A stretch of 64,000 nt of DNA, taken from Azolla caroliniana (lineage: Eukaryota; Plantae; Polypodiophyta). The position numbers and the translations under genes were made by a program. The stretch's first letter is position 1; every line of letters starts with the position of its first letter. The DNA lies in the NCBI GenBank assembly GCA_043228905.1, contig JBHGNT010000002.1:22072001-22136000 (forward strand), read 5' to 3'. The notes beneath the pieces were generated by a model. The model saw only the letters and a program-made list of their open reading frames with translations. It did no database searches and had not been told where the DNA came from. Shown piece after piece: positions 24,201 through 39,200 of this stretch.

Positions 24201-27200
24201 CAGTATTTCCACCATGGTTATTTTCTCTTTCTGAAGCCAGCAGAGATTCTTGGTGACTGTTGGGCTGCATTTTCAGAATCCTTTCGATGGTTCTCTTGAT
24301 TGACATTCATTTTATACTCAACCAAATCAATTGATTGTGAATCTGGGGTTGAGATGGCTATATGCACCGATATTAAAACCTTCGCTGAGATATCTAGGCA
24401 TGTCTTCCCCAATACTCCCTACTCCATCAGCAACAACCTGATTTCGATCCATTGATTGCATTTGGGATTTTCTATCAGAAGAAAACTGCTGTATCCATTG
24501 ACTTTCTAACAGAAGACCTGCTATTCATTTCAAAGTGCGAAGCTTCCTGAAATTGGTCCCGGGAGTTTCTCTTCAGAGAAGACTGTCTGGCTTCAGAATG
24601 TAACTGCTGCGGGGTATTAGGAGTCCCAGATTGCGACTTCCTTTGGTCAGTCCTCTGCTCATCTCTGAGATCCATCCAGACATGATTGAAAATCTGTTGT
24701 GCTTTGCCCTTTACTTCTTGCAACACTTGAACTGAATCATTTACTGGAAGGCCACTGATTTCTTGTTGAAGAGAAATTACAATTGCATTAGGTTGATAAT
24801 TGTTATTCTCGCTCTTACTTTGTGTTCCAGAAAATGGTGCTACATCTTGATAATCTCTGCGTCCTCCACTCAGAATGGAGGGTTGTCCTTCAATAGAAAC
24901 ACGTAAATTAGAAGAAATGATAGCTTCAGAACTGTTCGTCTATAATTCGAATTGCATTGCTTCCTCCCATCACCATCGCTTGCAGAATTCCTTGTTCTGT
25001 GTGACCTTATCTCTTGCAATGGTTGTTCTTGATCCTTTCTTAATCCCAGATATCCTTGATCGGGCAGACACAGGAAAGGGGTGCAAACTTCCACCACATA
25101 TGATTCATAGACTTCCTCTCCATAGGGGGGTCACCAAGATGTTTATGGAGAATAGGCTCCACCCCCCTCAAGGGGTTGAGCGTGAGGGAGAAAGAAAGAA
25201 AGAAAGAAAGATATATTAACATCTTTTAAGAGGCCATTTTGGCAAATTCTCTCTTCATTCATGCCCCATATGGGCTTATATAGTTACGTCAGGGTTACAC
25301 ATTAACCAGATACCTGGGGGTACATACCCCTCTAGCCATCCACACACACACAACTTACTTGCACTCTTTCATATCTACACACATGCACACATATTTTGTC
25401 TGTGTTCATACACATACGAACACTCACACTCACTCTCGTGCACATTTGCAAATACACTTACAACAAAACTTCATACATAGACTTTCACACTACATTCCCA
25501 ATGACAACTTTTTCAGCGCCTTCTTGACAATGCAACCGTCTTCTCCAGCCTCAACTGCCACGAAACAGCTCCCCGTTTACAAACTTGGCAACACTTTCTT
25601 CTAATTTATCAATGCATAGAGCAAATAGAGTTGGTGAGAGTGGGCATCCTTGCTTAACACCAATAGTGCTATTGAAAAAATCTGAAAGTCTATCGCTCAT
25701 ATGCACACAACATATAACTTTCTTATATATTGGAGAAATTGCAAGCATATATTCACTTGAGTTCTCCCATTCGCCTCCAAAGATGCTCAGGTGGTACCAT
25801 ATCAAAAGCATTATTGATTACCTCTCAAGTGACTTTCTTCCATTTATACTCTAAAGGTGCATATATTCACTTGAGTTCTCCCATTCGCCTCCAAAGATGC
25901 TCAGGTGGTACCATATCAAAAGCATTATTGATTACCTCTCAAGTGACTTTCTTCCATTTATACTCTAAAGGTGACAAGGTGATCAATGGTGCTATGGTGT
26001 TTTCGAAAGTCAGCTTGTCCATAAGCTCTCTTACCATTTCTTTTCAACCCATACACTTATCTTTGATTCCATTATACATCCAAATAGTTTTTCCATTAGC
26101 GAGCCAACCATGATGGTTGGATAGTTGTTTACATTATTTATATTTCCACCTTTATGTAAAGGTTTGATCCAATTTGTAGTCCAATCGTAAAGATAACTTT
26201 GGTTGAAGATGTGTGAAAACTATAGTCGACCATGAGCAAAGGCAGGCATTGTATCAAAGTGTGATACTTAGACTATTGAACTTGTTTCCAGGCATACTCA
26301 ACCACTATAATCACTTGTGCCTCAATGCCCCGTCTCACATCGCAATGCGTGTGAGCAAAGTCGCATGGAAGCAATGGTTTAGATGGCAAACAACGAGATG
26401 GGCTCTAACATGTATTAATGTGTACAGTTTCCCTATCCAACGAAGAATATGGTTTTGTAGTTAGGTGCAACATATGTCGATGTCTGAGGCATGAGCCTCC
26501 ACATTTTTCTCATGTCATGATACATTAGCATTGCAAAAGGGCTCATTTACAAAGGAATCCAGTGATGCATCATGAAGCAAGTGTGTTGCATCCCATCTTC
26601 CAAAATCACTTTTCAACATGTTGCGTACAACCGCAAGTGACCTTGTCTCAAGAAATAGGAGGGTGTATGTTGTTTGTTTCTTAACTTGTATGCTTGTGGA
26701 CATTTCAAACTTTCTAAAGTAGATATAGGGATGTTACCACACCATTCTTCCAACCCCCATAGAGAAGCATCGGTGCCCCCATAGAGAAGTAATGCATTCC
26801 ATAGAATGAATGAATGAATGAATGATATATTAACGTCTTTTAAGAGGCCAAAATGGCCTATAAGACCAAATAAGAGATTACATCTTCAGTGTTTTCTCGT
26901 CTTTGAGAACAAATCAAAATATAATCAATATTACACAGAAAATATAAAAGTAAATAAGATGAAAAGAAAAGAAACGAGGGAATCTGGTTTTTGGCACATG
27001 TGAGATTCTCAAGTTAGGTTTTTGGCACATGTGAGTTTTTGTCTTCAAAAGATCTCTAGCATACGTCGATCCAGAATGGAAACGTCTCCGAAGTGAGGGA
27101 AGAACCTATGATAGTGGGAGATAATGGCTTTTATCTGTTGATGACAAGGGTGTCAAGGTCGTGGTCCATTGGGCCGGGGCCTACGTGCACAGCAAATTGC

Positions 27201-30200
27201 TATTGCCCGATCAATTGTAACCTCTTTGTTATGTCCTGGTATGAAGCCCATTTGTGTATCCTGTGATGGAATTGTAGCATTAGTAGGAGTGATGGGGCTA
27301 AAGAAAGTTGTGATTGTTCTTTGTGGATGAGCTTGTGTGGTTGTATTCTTCAACAAATTTTCCCGCTGTCTCTTGAGCTCTAGCAAGAAAAGTCCTAGGC
27401 ATCGTTGGTCCTCATATTCCATTACCTTGCTTAGTGGGCCAAAGCCTTGTTTAAAGAGGCAATGGTATTTCCCTCTAATTTAATTAAAGACACTACAATG
27501 ACAAACATAGTGTTCCTCAAATTCCACTCCTTAATGACACAATTGTCAAATTCTCTCTTCTAGAGGTAGTCATGTATACCTACTAGGCATGCTCCGGAAC
27601 CCCCGAATCTCTCTATGTAATGTAATACCTTATCTATATAGAGAGCGAAGAGAGTGGGGGATAGTACGCATCCTTGCTTCACTCCAATTGTGCTAGCCAC
27701 CGCCTCTGACAAGCCCTTGGACGACCGTACTTTTCTTGACACAGATTCATAGAGTGCATAGATTCCCCATTGCATATATGTAGGAGCACCAAGGGCTTCT
27801 AGCCGCTGCATAAGCCGCGCACGTGGCACAGTGTCAAAGGTTTTTCGGAGATCCACAAAGCAGCAATAAATCCTCTTATTGTGGGCTCTGCCCTCTTCAA
27901 TAAGGGCCCAGAGGGTGAATATGTGATCCAAAGTTGTGAACCCCTTCCAAAAGCCTGTCTGTCCAACTAAACGGCAGCCATTCGGATCTGCCCATATACT
28001 CAATTCTGATTCTAGAATTGACCCATATAGTTTAGCCAAGTGATGGCCAATCATGATTGTCCTATAGTTGCTTGGCATCATGGGGTCTCCACTCTTGAGG
28101 ATTGGCACAATGGTATGCTGAGTCCATCTAGTAGGGAAACCTTCACACATGGCTCTATTAAAAATGTGTGCTAGCAATGGGACCAAGGTGTCACAGGCAT
28201 AGATAAAGTGCTCACCCACCAATCCATCATGATCTTGGGCCTTCCCAAATTGTAGCCGATCAATGGCATTTCTGACATTTTGTGGTGTAAAGAAGGTTAT
28301 TCATGTGGGCGTGAGGCATTCGGGTGGGGAAGAGGAGGTTGCCCCGGGATATAATATAGAACCATTGCATATTCATGCCACACCTATGGTGAGGTTAATT
28401 GTGTGGTGGGTTGCCTCTCATTAAACATTTTCTATGCTCTTTTACTCCCTTGTCCTAGAAACAAGCGATCCAAATGATCTTCAAATTTAGCCAAATACAA
28501 TCTCTTCTTCTTCCTTACAAGGCGTTGGAAGGTTGCTCTCACTTGGTTGTGTGTATAAATGCCCCGTGTTACATCACGCTGCAAGCATCTCCTTATATCA
28601 TGACATTCCTCATCATACCAACTATTTTGTATTACTCTACCAAGTTTGGGGGGATTGGCCGACGTGTGAGGGAAGGCATTGCTGGCTACTTTATGCAATG
28701 ATTTGGACAATCGGTGGGTAAGCTCTTCAAGGGGTGCGAAAGGATCCAAATCTAGCATGCCATTGTATACACTACAACTATACACATCAATTGTCTTTCG
28801 AGTAAATAGATACCTAGCCAGCCCACTCTCCTTAGCATATACATCCTTTGTGCATTCATCCTTTACCTCGAAGCGTAGATATGCATGATCTGCTGCCAAG
28901 CTAATAGGTCTACCCGATAGTGTGAACACTGTTATTGCAGGTACAAGAGATGGAGATCCCATTAGATAATCGACTGTGCTTGCACCCCCTTTTGGGTTCC
29001 AACATGTCAAAGCATCTCATCCAGGCCATTATGACAAGCCATTATATATCACAAATCCATGCGCACTTCCCAAGGCTAGAAAGTGTTTTCCATATTCAAT
29101 TATAGCACTCATATCTTGAGCTTGTGCCATAACTTCTCCATAAACAGCCTCGTTGGTGTTAAACATAGTTGGTTGTTCATCCTTGGTTCGTGCATTAAAA
29201 TCTCCTAATTATGTCCCCCATAGTAGCAAATCTTACGATATCATCATATAGTGGTAGATATGGTGATTCACGTCGAGGCGCAAACCTTGAGTAGGCAAGT
29301 GGAAAGTAGCAAATTGCAATATATAACTCCCTAAGATCCCCTCTTTTTATTCGTATCCACATGTAGCATGCATCTACATCCTTATGGACAACATGCACTC
29401 TATCATGGAGCTCCTTTTTGTATAGCACATCTGCTCCTCCGTTTTTGTATAGCACAGCCACTCCTCCCTTTTTGTATAGAAAGAAAGAAAGATATATTAA
29501 CGTCTTTTAAGAGGCCAAAATGGCCTATAAGACCAAATAAGAGATTACATCTGTGTTGTCTCATCTTTGAGAACAAATCAAAATAAAATAAATATTACAC
29601 AGTAACATAAAAGTAAATAAGCTGAAAAGAAAAGAAACGAGGGAATCCGGTTTTTGGCACATGTGAGATTCTCAACTTAGGTATATGTAGCTTTTGTCTT
29701 TGAAAGATCTCTAACACATATGAGATTCTCAAGTTAGGCAAAATACAAAGCAGCATGCATAGCGGCATCCAACATAGTTTGGCTAAGAAGAAGGACGGCA
29801 ACGGTATTGAGGTGTGACAATCAGAGTTGCATGTAGCAATGGGCACGGTTTCTGCTCAAACCAAACCGAACCATTAAGCCATGGTTTAACTGTTTATTGG
29901 TTCCAAAATATTTTGATGGTTTGGTTTGGTTTCGATTTTCGATAAACGATTCGGGTTTGGTTCTAAAACTCGAGTTTATAGGTTTATAGGTTTGGTTTAA
30001 AGGTTTAAAGGTTTTTTACCTTAATATTTTATTGATTTAGTGGTTTAATTAATGGTTTTTTATTGATTTAATTAATTTAACTTAAATGTTTATTTAATTT
30101 AATGGTTCAATTAAAGTTTCTTTTATTGATTTAATAAATTTAACTTAAATGCTTATTTAATTTAATGTATGTTTGTTTAGTTAGATGTTTAATTAGTTTG

Positions 30201-33200
30201 ATTTAAGTGGTTAGGTTTAAATTTTTTATTAAATGGTTTGGTTTGGTTTTAACTTTTCCCTAAACGGTTTGGTTTTAAATGGTTTGGTTTCAACTTTTTC
30301 TTAAATGGTTTGGTTTAAATACTGAGGGTTCATAATCAGTTTGGTTTGGTTTTTGCTTTGAATAAATGGTTTGGTTTCGGTTCGGTTTGGTTTTGTTTTA
30401 AATTTTTTATTAAATGGTTCGGTTTGGTTTTAACTTTTCCCTAAACGGTTTGGTTTTAAATGGTTTGGTTTCAAGTTTTTCTTAAATGGTTTGGTTTAAA
30501 TACTGAGGGTTCATAAATGGTTTGGTTTCGGTTCGGTTCGGTTTCTTTGCCTTGAAACCAAACCGAACCGCGCCTATTGCTAGTTGAATGGCCATTGCCA
30601 AGAACCCCGTATTTCATGCACGTACTAAACACATAGAGATTCGGTATCACTATGTGTAGGAGCTAATAAATGATGAGACTATGGAGCTTGAGTATTGTCC
30701 GACATCAAAAAATGTTGCGGATATCTTCACAAAGGCGCTTGGAGCGGAACAATTACAACAACAGCTTCGACGACTGCGAGTTGGCCCAATTCCAAGTGAA
30801 CTCGATGGGTTGACCATTGAGGGGGCGTGTAAGATATAATCAATGATCAGCCACAAGTTGTAAATCTATCCCCATATGTGCTCTTAGAGTGCACATTTTG
30901 TGATAGTGCCCAAATGAGGAGCTACTGTGCAACTCGACCATACGACACAATGTATTTAGGAAAGAGCGAAGTAGGCTAATAGGATTGGCTAATCAAGTCA
31001 ACTAGAATATTTTGTGGGCAAGTTACGATGTACTTAGTCTTGAAGTATGTGCCATTGACTTCAAGATAAGTACTATCTAGCACTAGCCTGTATCTAGGGA
31101 GTTGGGTCATATTAAATGACAAGTCATTGGATAGAAAAGGAATATCTCCACTACTATCAACTGACTTGCACATATAATGTTATACTCAGACCAAACATAG
31201 AATATAATCCACTTACACAATGGTTGGATTAATCATCAGTCCCCACTAATTTTGTAGTGAGCTGGTCCAGATCCCATCTAAGCTCTAAGGTGTGAGTGCA
31301 AGGGTGAACTACCATTGTGAGCTACTCTCATATGTAATAGAAGTTTTGTTTTCATATATCCATCTCTATGGTTGTAACTCTATATACCTATCTAATTGAT
31401 TCTCTATATTTCTAACACAATGAATATCTACATTGGGTATCTTCGTTTCGGGAGCTCCCAAAGACGTTGGATACATGTCATTGATCGGATCAATGCCTCG
31501 GTGATTATAGGTGTTGTTCCCATCTCTACCCAGATTATATCATGGGGCACCGATGCTTTCTGTCTTTTCATGCAGGCAATCATTGACACTAGTGGTCTCT
31601 CTAAATTTGGCCCATGAGACAGTTGGTTACAATAATGAGAGAGCAATCCGTAAAATTGTCTACTAAAGACTAGGAGGTAATGCATTCAACCATTACACTC
31701 CTAGCATTAGCTAGAAAATTAGGGAAAAAAGAGGTATCATAGTCAAGCATGAACCCAATGTCTTAAACTTGGTAATCTAATAAATTACCACTAAGGTAAG
31801 AGAAATTTACACAATTTCTTAGTTAATTGAAAGTAAGAGAGTATCCAAACTTTCTACTACGATCATAAACAAGAATCATGAAGAAGACTTACCTTTTCTT
31901 TAAGAACTTGATTTTATCTATGTTGAACTCTATGTTTATTGATAACATTTCTGCGGTTTGAAGTGGTATGTAGATGCACTGACATTCACTTGGCTGTAGA
32001 ATACAATGAAAGATCATCAATAACAAAAACAATTCTTACAATATGCAAATTTATCTCATTGAAAGCTATAATGACAATCTTTATGTTAAAGTATAGCAAC
32101 ACAAACTTCAATATAAACTACAACTATACTTAAAATAGCATTTTGGTAAGCTTCCCTAAATTTGATCATGAAAACAATACACTTACACTCTAAGTCACCC
32201 TAGAATGAGTAATGAGGCACCATCAACATATTTAAGTATGCATGGGAATCCAACACTAGTTGAGTAAATTTGTTAATTTGTTGTATAGAGTTCTCAACTT
32301 TGATTGTTTCTATGCATGGAACCCTTTGGATTTATCATTGACAATTTTGATGAATTCACAAAGTAGAATGAATGATGAGATTGTAGCTAGCAACACTGCT
32401 ATTTGGATGTGTCATTTAGAATCAACTAGTGATTTGCTTGGTCGGGAATAATTACCTTCACTGACAGTTTTTCGATTATTTAACCCTTCCCTGCATAGGA
32501 CTTGAGTGTTCCATTAACCTTAGTTCTCCAACTAACATTGCCCTAACATCTAGCCTCAATAAGTGCATTAATTTCCTTACTGTTCACCACTATCAAGGGT
32601 GTATAGGCACTTAATCATACAAAACACTCATCTTAAAGCACTTTATCCAATGAGGGATAATACATAGAATTGTGTGCTCATGTGTTCCTTGGCAAGAAGA
32701 CTGAAATATAATGCAATCACCTGGACTGTTTTTAGCCGTAGTTTATCTACATTAACTTTAAAAACCTAAGTTTCCTTACCCTGGTGACTAACTCAACTAG
32801 CTCCTTACCTTCTAAACCAAGATCATCATCGGCCAATACCAACGGTCTGCACTTGGTCATGCAAAAACAACCATTCAATGCTCAACTACTGTTGAAAAAT
32901 GTCCCAGGCCAAAAGTCTCATTGCTCCCCAATATTAATGCAACCATCAATTCGAGTCACCATGTTATCATCCACATGTAAGGAGCTGCAAGATCATTGTG
33001 TATCTTATGTTCTTGTTATGTGTTTTTAAGTAATCCATATAGTTGCTTCAGCATGTCTACCAGGTAGCTAATTCCAAAAGAGAGGTGGTAATGAGATGTC
33101 AAGAAACGAAGAAGGATGCTAACACATGGGAACAAAAGACAATGACGGTTGGCTGAAATTGCAATGGTTAGCCTTGAGTTAATAGATGATTCTTTACTCA

Positions 33201-36200
33201 AGTCGTCATAGGAATAAATCCTAAGGATGTCAAAAGGTCTAATATAGATGGAATCTAGTTTAGGTGTCAACCATTAAACTCATAGATTATTAGAATCCTA
33301 GAGGTATGTATAATGTTTTTTATCATTTAGGGTGATGAGAGGTTTATATTATGCAGAAGTGAGGACCCAACGCTTGTATATTTTAGAGCCTAGGAATGGG
33401 AAGACCATTTGGCACTATATATAATGCCTTCAAGTTGGGAACACAAGCATTGGCAATTGGCAATTGGCCGACTTCACAAGCAGTTACAAAGAAGTTTCAA
33501 TCACAGATTCTTATTTAGCCCAAACCTATTGTCATTAGTTCCCATCGAGGGCCATACATGTCCCCAACAAGCTCGTGCAATAACATTGATATTGGTAGAT
33601 GAATTGAGTGATTCAACTTACACTTGGTAGTCCTACCACCGAGAATGGTCGCCCAAATTTATCAACAGAGTACAACCATTTGTGATATTTCTTTCTATAT
33701 GCATCTTGTTCCTGCAAATATAAGTATTTGAATTTGTCAAGTTGAATTAGCTCCCCATGGTCAAACCATTTTCCAATAAGTACTTGAATCTTTAAAGTTG
33801 AATTAACTCCCCATTGTCAAAACCATTTTGCAATTTTGGAACTTAAAATGAATCCTTTAAGGCATGGTTTCATGTATCGTTTTTGGCTCTCAGATGGTGA
33901 CTCCCATTGACAATAAATGTTTCCTAAATCCCTCATATCCTACTCTTCTTCCAAATCCGACTTTGCCTCTCAACCCCTCAACTACATATCAAGATAGCTT
34001 GATTATATAAGCTAGCACAATTGTTCCAGTTATTAGATTCCTTGCTTGCAATGCAAGTTTAAATAAATGCATGAAATTATATATTACAATGCTTGATATT
34101 GATGAATATTAAGGTAGATCATCAACCATGTTTGTCTTCGAAAATGAATATATCTAGTATATGATAGAACAATAATGATGCAACATTGATTGGTGGCACC
34201 ATAGCGAAGGAACTTAACATCTCATTCAACGAAGATTAAACAATGAAACAATGACTATAAAATGATAGTTGTCAAGCCCCCATGATGAGAACACAAGTTC
34301 GATGCATGAAAAAGTGAACCTATTATCGTCCACTCAGCCAAAGATTTGTTTATTTAAATAAACATCAGCTACCCGTCTTTTTGGTTGTGTATCCTCAATA
34401 TGAAAGCCAATTGTGATGACCACTCATCTCGTAAGTAGACACCTTCTTGCTGATATTTGGTCCTGTGCGCCATGTGCATACAATGCAAACCCTAACATTT
34501 GGACCATATTGAGGAAATGTTCTAGATCCCACATGGAAATATAATGGCTCTTGTGTATTCATCGACATATTATTGTAAATGCATGTGTCCTGAATGTAAT
34601 GAAGTGAATAACTAGGTAATGACACATGACGAAATTAATAGTAAGGAGGGAAGAAAAGAATCTTACTTCTATCTTTCGTTTGATGTCATTCCTTAAACAA
34701 CTTCCACGGGGCTCAAAGCAATGATTGGTATCCCCCACGAACCATTTTACGAAATAATCTTTGGAAATCCCAATTTTATCACATCCAATTCCATTAAATG
34801 TGAATTCAGACTTTTTTATAAGAAGCCAACGAGTACGATCAAGATTGAATGTTGAACACTATAAAACATAATAATATACACATGGAATAAAGTTGTTAAT
34901 AAATCAATGGATTTTATTATACATATAACGAAATCAAACTTAATTGAAGGTAAAAATAATAATAATTTAAACTTATTATGACAGGGTGCTTCACGTATAC
35001 AAACCACACTCTATAGAATATGTTTAAATTGTTAAGTTTGTAATGGGAGAGGTATGTTATTTACGAAAAAAAAGTATATTAATGTCCTTTAAGAGAAAGA
35101 AAAGTAAAGATCATACCAAGTGTTCTAAACATGGCAAAGCTATGAGATAGTCGTCGAAGTTCAATTTTATATCATATTGGTATAAACTACTACTTGTCTT
35201 GATATTTATAGAGAAGTCTCTTGTTACGCCCTCTCGATTTTGCTTGTCGAATGTAAATGATGCCTATATAAAAAAGATGTAATGGAACATGATTACGTAA
35301 GGGAAGTAAAACTTGAAGTACCATGATTATAGTTTCTCTTTATACATGCTTTAAACATGATATTCAAAGTTACATCAGGGTTATTTGAGGACCTTGAAAA
35401 GTATAGGAAAATATGAGATGTTAAAGTGATTTGTGGCCTTAAATGATACTACGACATCACTATGATAATAAGGCCCATGCATGACTGTGTTTAATAAATA
35501 TTCTTCAATTAAGGTAGAAGGCAACATCAGCATCCATATCTCCAACAATGGAAAAAACATGTTGCTATAAAATAAGGGTGAAACGCATCTGGTTTAGAGT
35601 TCCGGGATGTGTAATTACAAGCCGACAAATCCTTGCCATAAGATTCTTCATGTTGAAGTAGGGATGATAAAGGTGTTTTGTCCAGACATCTTGTTTTAAT
35701 ATACACTAACACATTTATATAGAGATTGTAAAGCATCTAACTCTCGTAGTCCAAACATGAAACACCGGATTCTTTGAGAGCTGGATACTGTTGAGATTGT
35801 CGCAGTTGATGGGTATCGGCTTGTTCACCAATTCGTTGAAGTCTTTCAGCAGTTTTTTAAGCCACACAGCTTCGCAGACAGCTACAGTTGTGCCCCTATA
35901 CTCCACCTCAGTGCTCAATAGAGCCATTGTTGGCTGTTTCTTGCTGCTCCAAGAGATTGCTCTACTATCGAGTGAAAACATAAATCCCAAAGTGGATCAC
36001 CTATCAGATGCGTGAACCCTTCAAGTTGAGGTGGTACTCCACGCTTGTAGAAGATACCATGGTCAAGTGTTCCACAAACATATTGTAGCAATCACTTAGC
36101 ACATATCTTGGGCAGCTTCTTTGTAAGTCTCGGGGTTCTTGGTTTGCTGCGACTTTCATCATGAATGCATAGCGATGCACCATGTACTCGTTGTACCCAA

Positions 36201-39200
36201 ACTTTACTAATTGGGTCCTTTTGTCGGCTCAATTCACGAAGTTTCCCATTGGCCACCTCCGGGAGCTTCTTTAATCTTGGTGTCCTCATTATAGACACAT
36301 CATACTTGTTATTGACTGATCAGGGTGATTGATCCGAGTCTTCACCAGATGTCATGCGCTTGGCCTCCTGCTCAGGCAACTTGCCCTTTCTTTTCTTTCT
36401 GCGGGTGTAGCACCAAGGTGACACCACATCAGAGGTTTCTTCATGCTGTGCAAGATTCTGATTGCTGGATGACACCTCAAGTCCGGTCAGCTGGAGTGAG
36501 GGCACACTCTCTGCTGGTTCTCTACCCATAATGACCGTTAACATCTCTTCTTCTTCACCCTCAGAATCTGCATCAGATCTGCTTGTTTCGAACACAACGG
36601 GGATCACCGATGCCAGGCCATACCATGATGCCACTTCATCAAATACCACAGCTCGGCTTACTCGTGACAGTCGAGTGATGGGGTTAAAACACTTATAACC
36701 CTTTTGCTCATGTGAGTAACCGACCAAGATTATCTTCACTGACTTTGGGACAAGCTGTCTCCGCTTCTCATCAGGTACCTGCACATATGCAATGCTGCCA
36801 AAAACCTTCAAGTGTGAAAGGTCTGGCTTTCTCCCAAAATACTTCTCGTGCGGGGTAATGACACGAACACCCTCAATCATGCACCTATTGATAAGATACA
36901 CGGCCATAATTTCTGTCCCTGCCCAATAGATCTTGGGCATGTTCTTCTCCTGCAGCATAGCGCAAGCCATCTCAAGAATTGTGTGATTCTTCTGCTCGGC
37001 AACACCGTTTTGTCGTGGTGTGTACCGGCAAGAGAATTCGCGACGAATCCGCTTCTCTTCTAGAAAGTCCTTGAGCTCGGTTGAGAAGTATTCTTGGACA
37101 CCATCGGACCATAAGCATCGAATCTTGCAATTCATCTCATTTTTCACTTGATTCTTTAACTTCAGAAAGTGGGAGAAGACCTCATTTTTTGACGTCATCA
37201 GGCATATCCAAGTACACTACAAATAATGGTCAATGAAGGTAATGAAGTACCTCCACCCACCGATTGTCTCATTTTGAGTCCCATACATCTGAGAGGATGA
37301 CATCCAACAGGAATTTACTCACATTCCTTTCACTCACGAATGGATGCCTATGTTGCTTACCTAGCTGGCACGCCTCACATACATTATCAAGATTTTTTGA
37401 AGTAAATCGTGGCAATCCGTGCATAGGTCCTTTTGTTTGCATCGATCAGAGTTTACTAAGGTTTACGTGGCCAACCCTTTTGTGCCACAACTTGATATTA
37501 GAATCAACCTTCCTGGTTGAATCGTACTTGCATTCCTTGCTCGACAATTTGGCCAACCAAGACCAAATTCTTTGTGATCGTCGGAACATGAAATATGCCC
37601 TTCATTTAGCCCTTGTTGTCATGATTGTTAAAGGCCACATCTCCAACGTGCTCGATCGTGTGTCAAGTCATCACCGGTCTCCACCATAGCAGGTCTCTCA
37701 GGTTCCTTCAAAAGGCCGTCATTGATGACTTGTCAAGTGATTTGAGGCAGCTGAATCCACGAACCAGGCATCATCAGGTTGGGATGTGCTTGTTATCATG
37801 TTATTCTCCAGGTGTTGAATTACAACATCGTCCCTTTGTTATCTAGGCCAGCCATCATAGCATTGTTTGTTTGCTGCTAGGGTGAGGCAGTAGAGTCTTT
37901 TTTTTTCTTCCAACACTCTGCTTCAAAGTGGCCATGCTTTCCATAATACCAACACTCGGTTTGCTGGTTTTGCCGGGTTGATGTAGGTTGGTGGAAGCTC
38001 TCCTTCTGCCGGAATTCCGTTGGCTGCTTCGACCTTCTTGATGCCTGGAATTAAACTGTTGCGAACCTCGTCCACCTCTTCCTCGGCCATTCCTCCCCTG
38101 ATTTCCATGACCATGACCATGACCTTGACCAAGATCATCCTGTGTATATAACATCTGCCCATCAGATGTTGGACTTTTCGACCATGTATGGTTCTCCTCG
38201 ACCATTAGCATGTGTTGCAAGTCAAAAAAGCTTGGGGATTCTCCCTTCTTGTTATGGAAGTAATGCACCATACTTTTGTGTGAGGCCACCAAGGCAAATA
38301 TGCACCATCTCGTCATCATCGACCATGACATTGACAGAGCCGAGTGAATCAAATAAGTCTTTGATCTGGTGGGTATAGTCTATCACGGACATATCCCTCT
38401 GCCGAATATTGTTCAACTCTTGTTGGAGTTGAAGTTTTCTAGCTGTAGTTGAAGCCGCGAATATCTTCTTCATGTTTTTCCATGCTTCATTCAGGGCTTT
38501 CGCATTTCAAATATAGTTTAACATGTGATCTTGCACACATGTTGCCAAGCAGCACATTACCCTATTGGCGCCTTGCTGTCATGTGGGGTAGTTGGGGTTT
38601 ATAAGATCGGGGACTGTTTCTTGAGCTCTCTCTATATAACTCTAGTACCCCTACCTAACTAGGTACTGCTGCATCTTGTACTCCCAAAATGCATAGTTGT
38701 GCCTGTCCAACTTCTCCATTGGAAGTGCGCTACCCATATGTGAATTCATCTTTCTTATTTCTTGATTCCTATGCTCCTCTTGATGTGAACCTCTTATCGT
38801 GCAACACTACAACGATGATAGTCGGTTTGAAACGGCGCCTCTAACTGCTCACACAATTTCAATGGTAGAGCTCGGTGAAGGATCTCTAACCCTCATGCTT
38901 TGATACCATGTAAGGAATCTAACTCTCGTAGAGTTGAGTATGTAGAAGTGTAGTGTGTGTGTGAGAGTGAGTGTGTGAGCAAGAGAGAATAACCAGAAAT
39001 TAAGAAAATACATAGTAGGGGGATGATAGCTTATGCATTGAACAAAAAACTATATTAATTAACAAAAGATCATCAACTAAACACAATGGGCCAAGGGAGT
39101 TTTATATACAAGTCCTCAAGGAACTGTCGCGTTAAATGTGTTGGTGGAATCTAATCAAGATATCCACACGAATACAATTCTGTCATAAGAATATTTGATA

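Noticed and set aside
34395-34590. Candidate HAP2 exon DTCIYNN..EPLYF
   Set aside because: No clean donor and runs into stops; exon 33711-33622 aligns better and keeps phase
34973-35010. Small exon SVVCIREAPCHN
   Set aside because: Its phase would break the frame; the flanking exons join directly with suitable spacing
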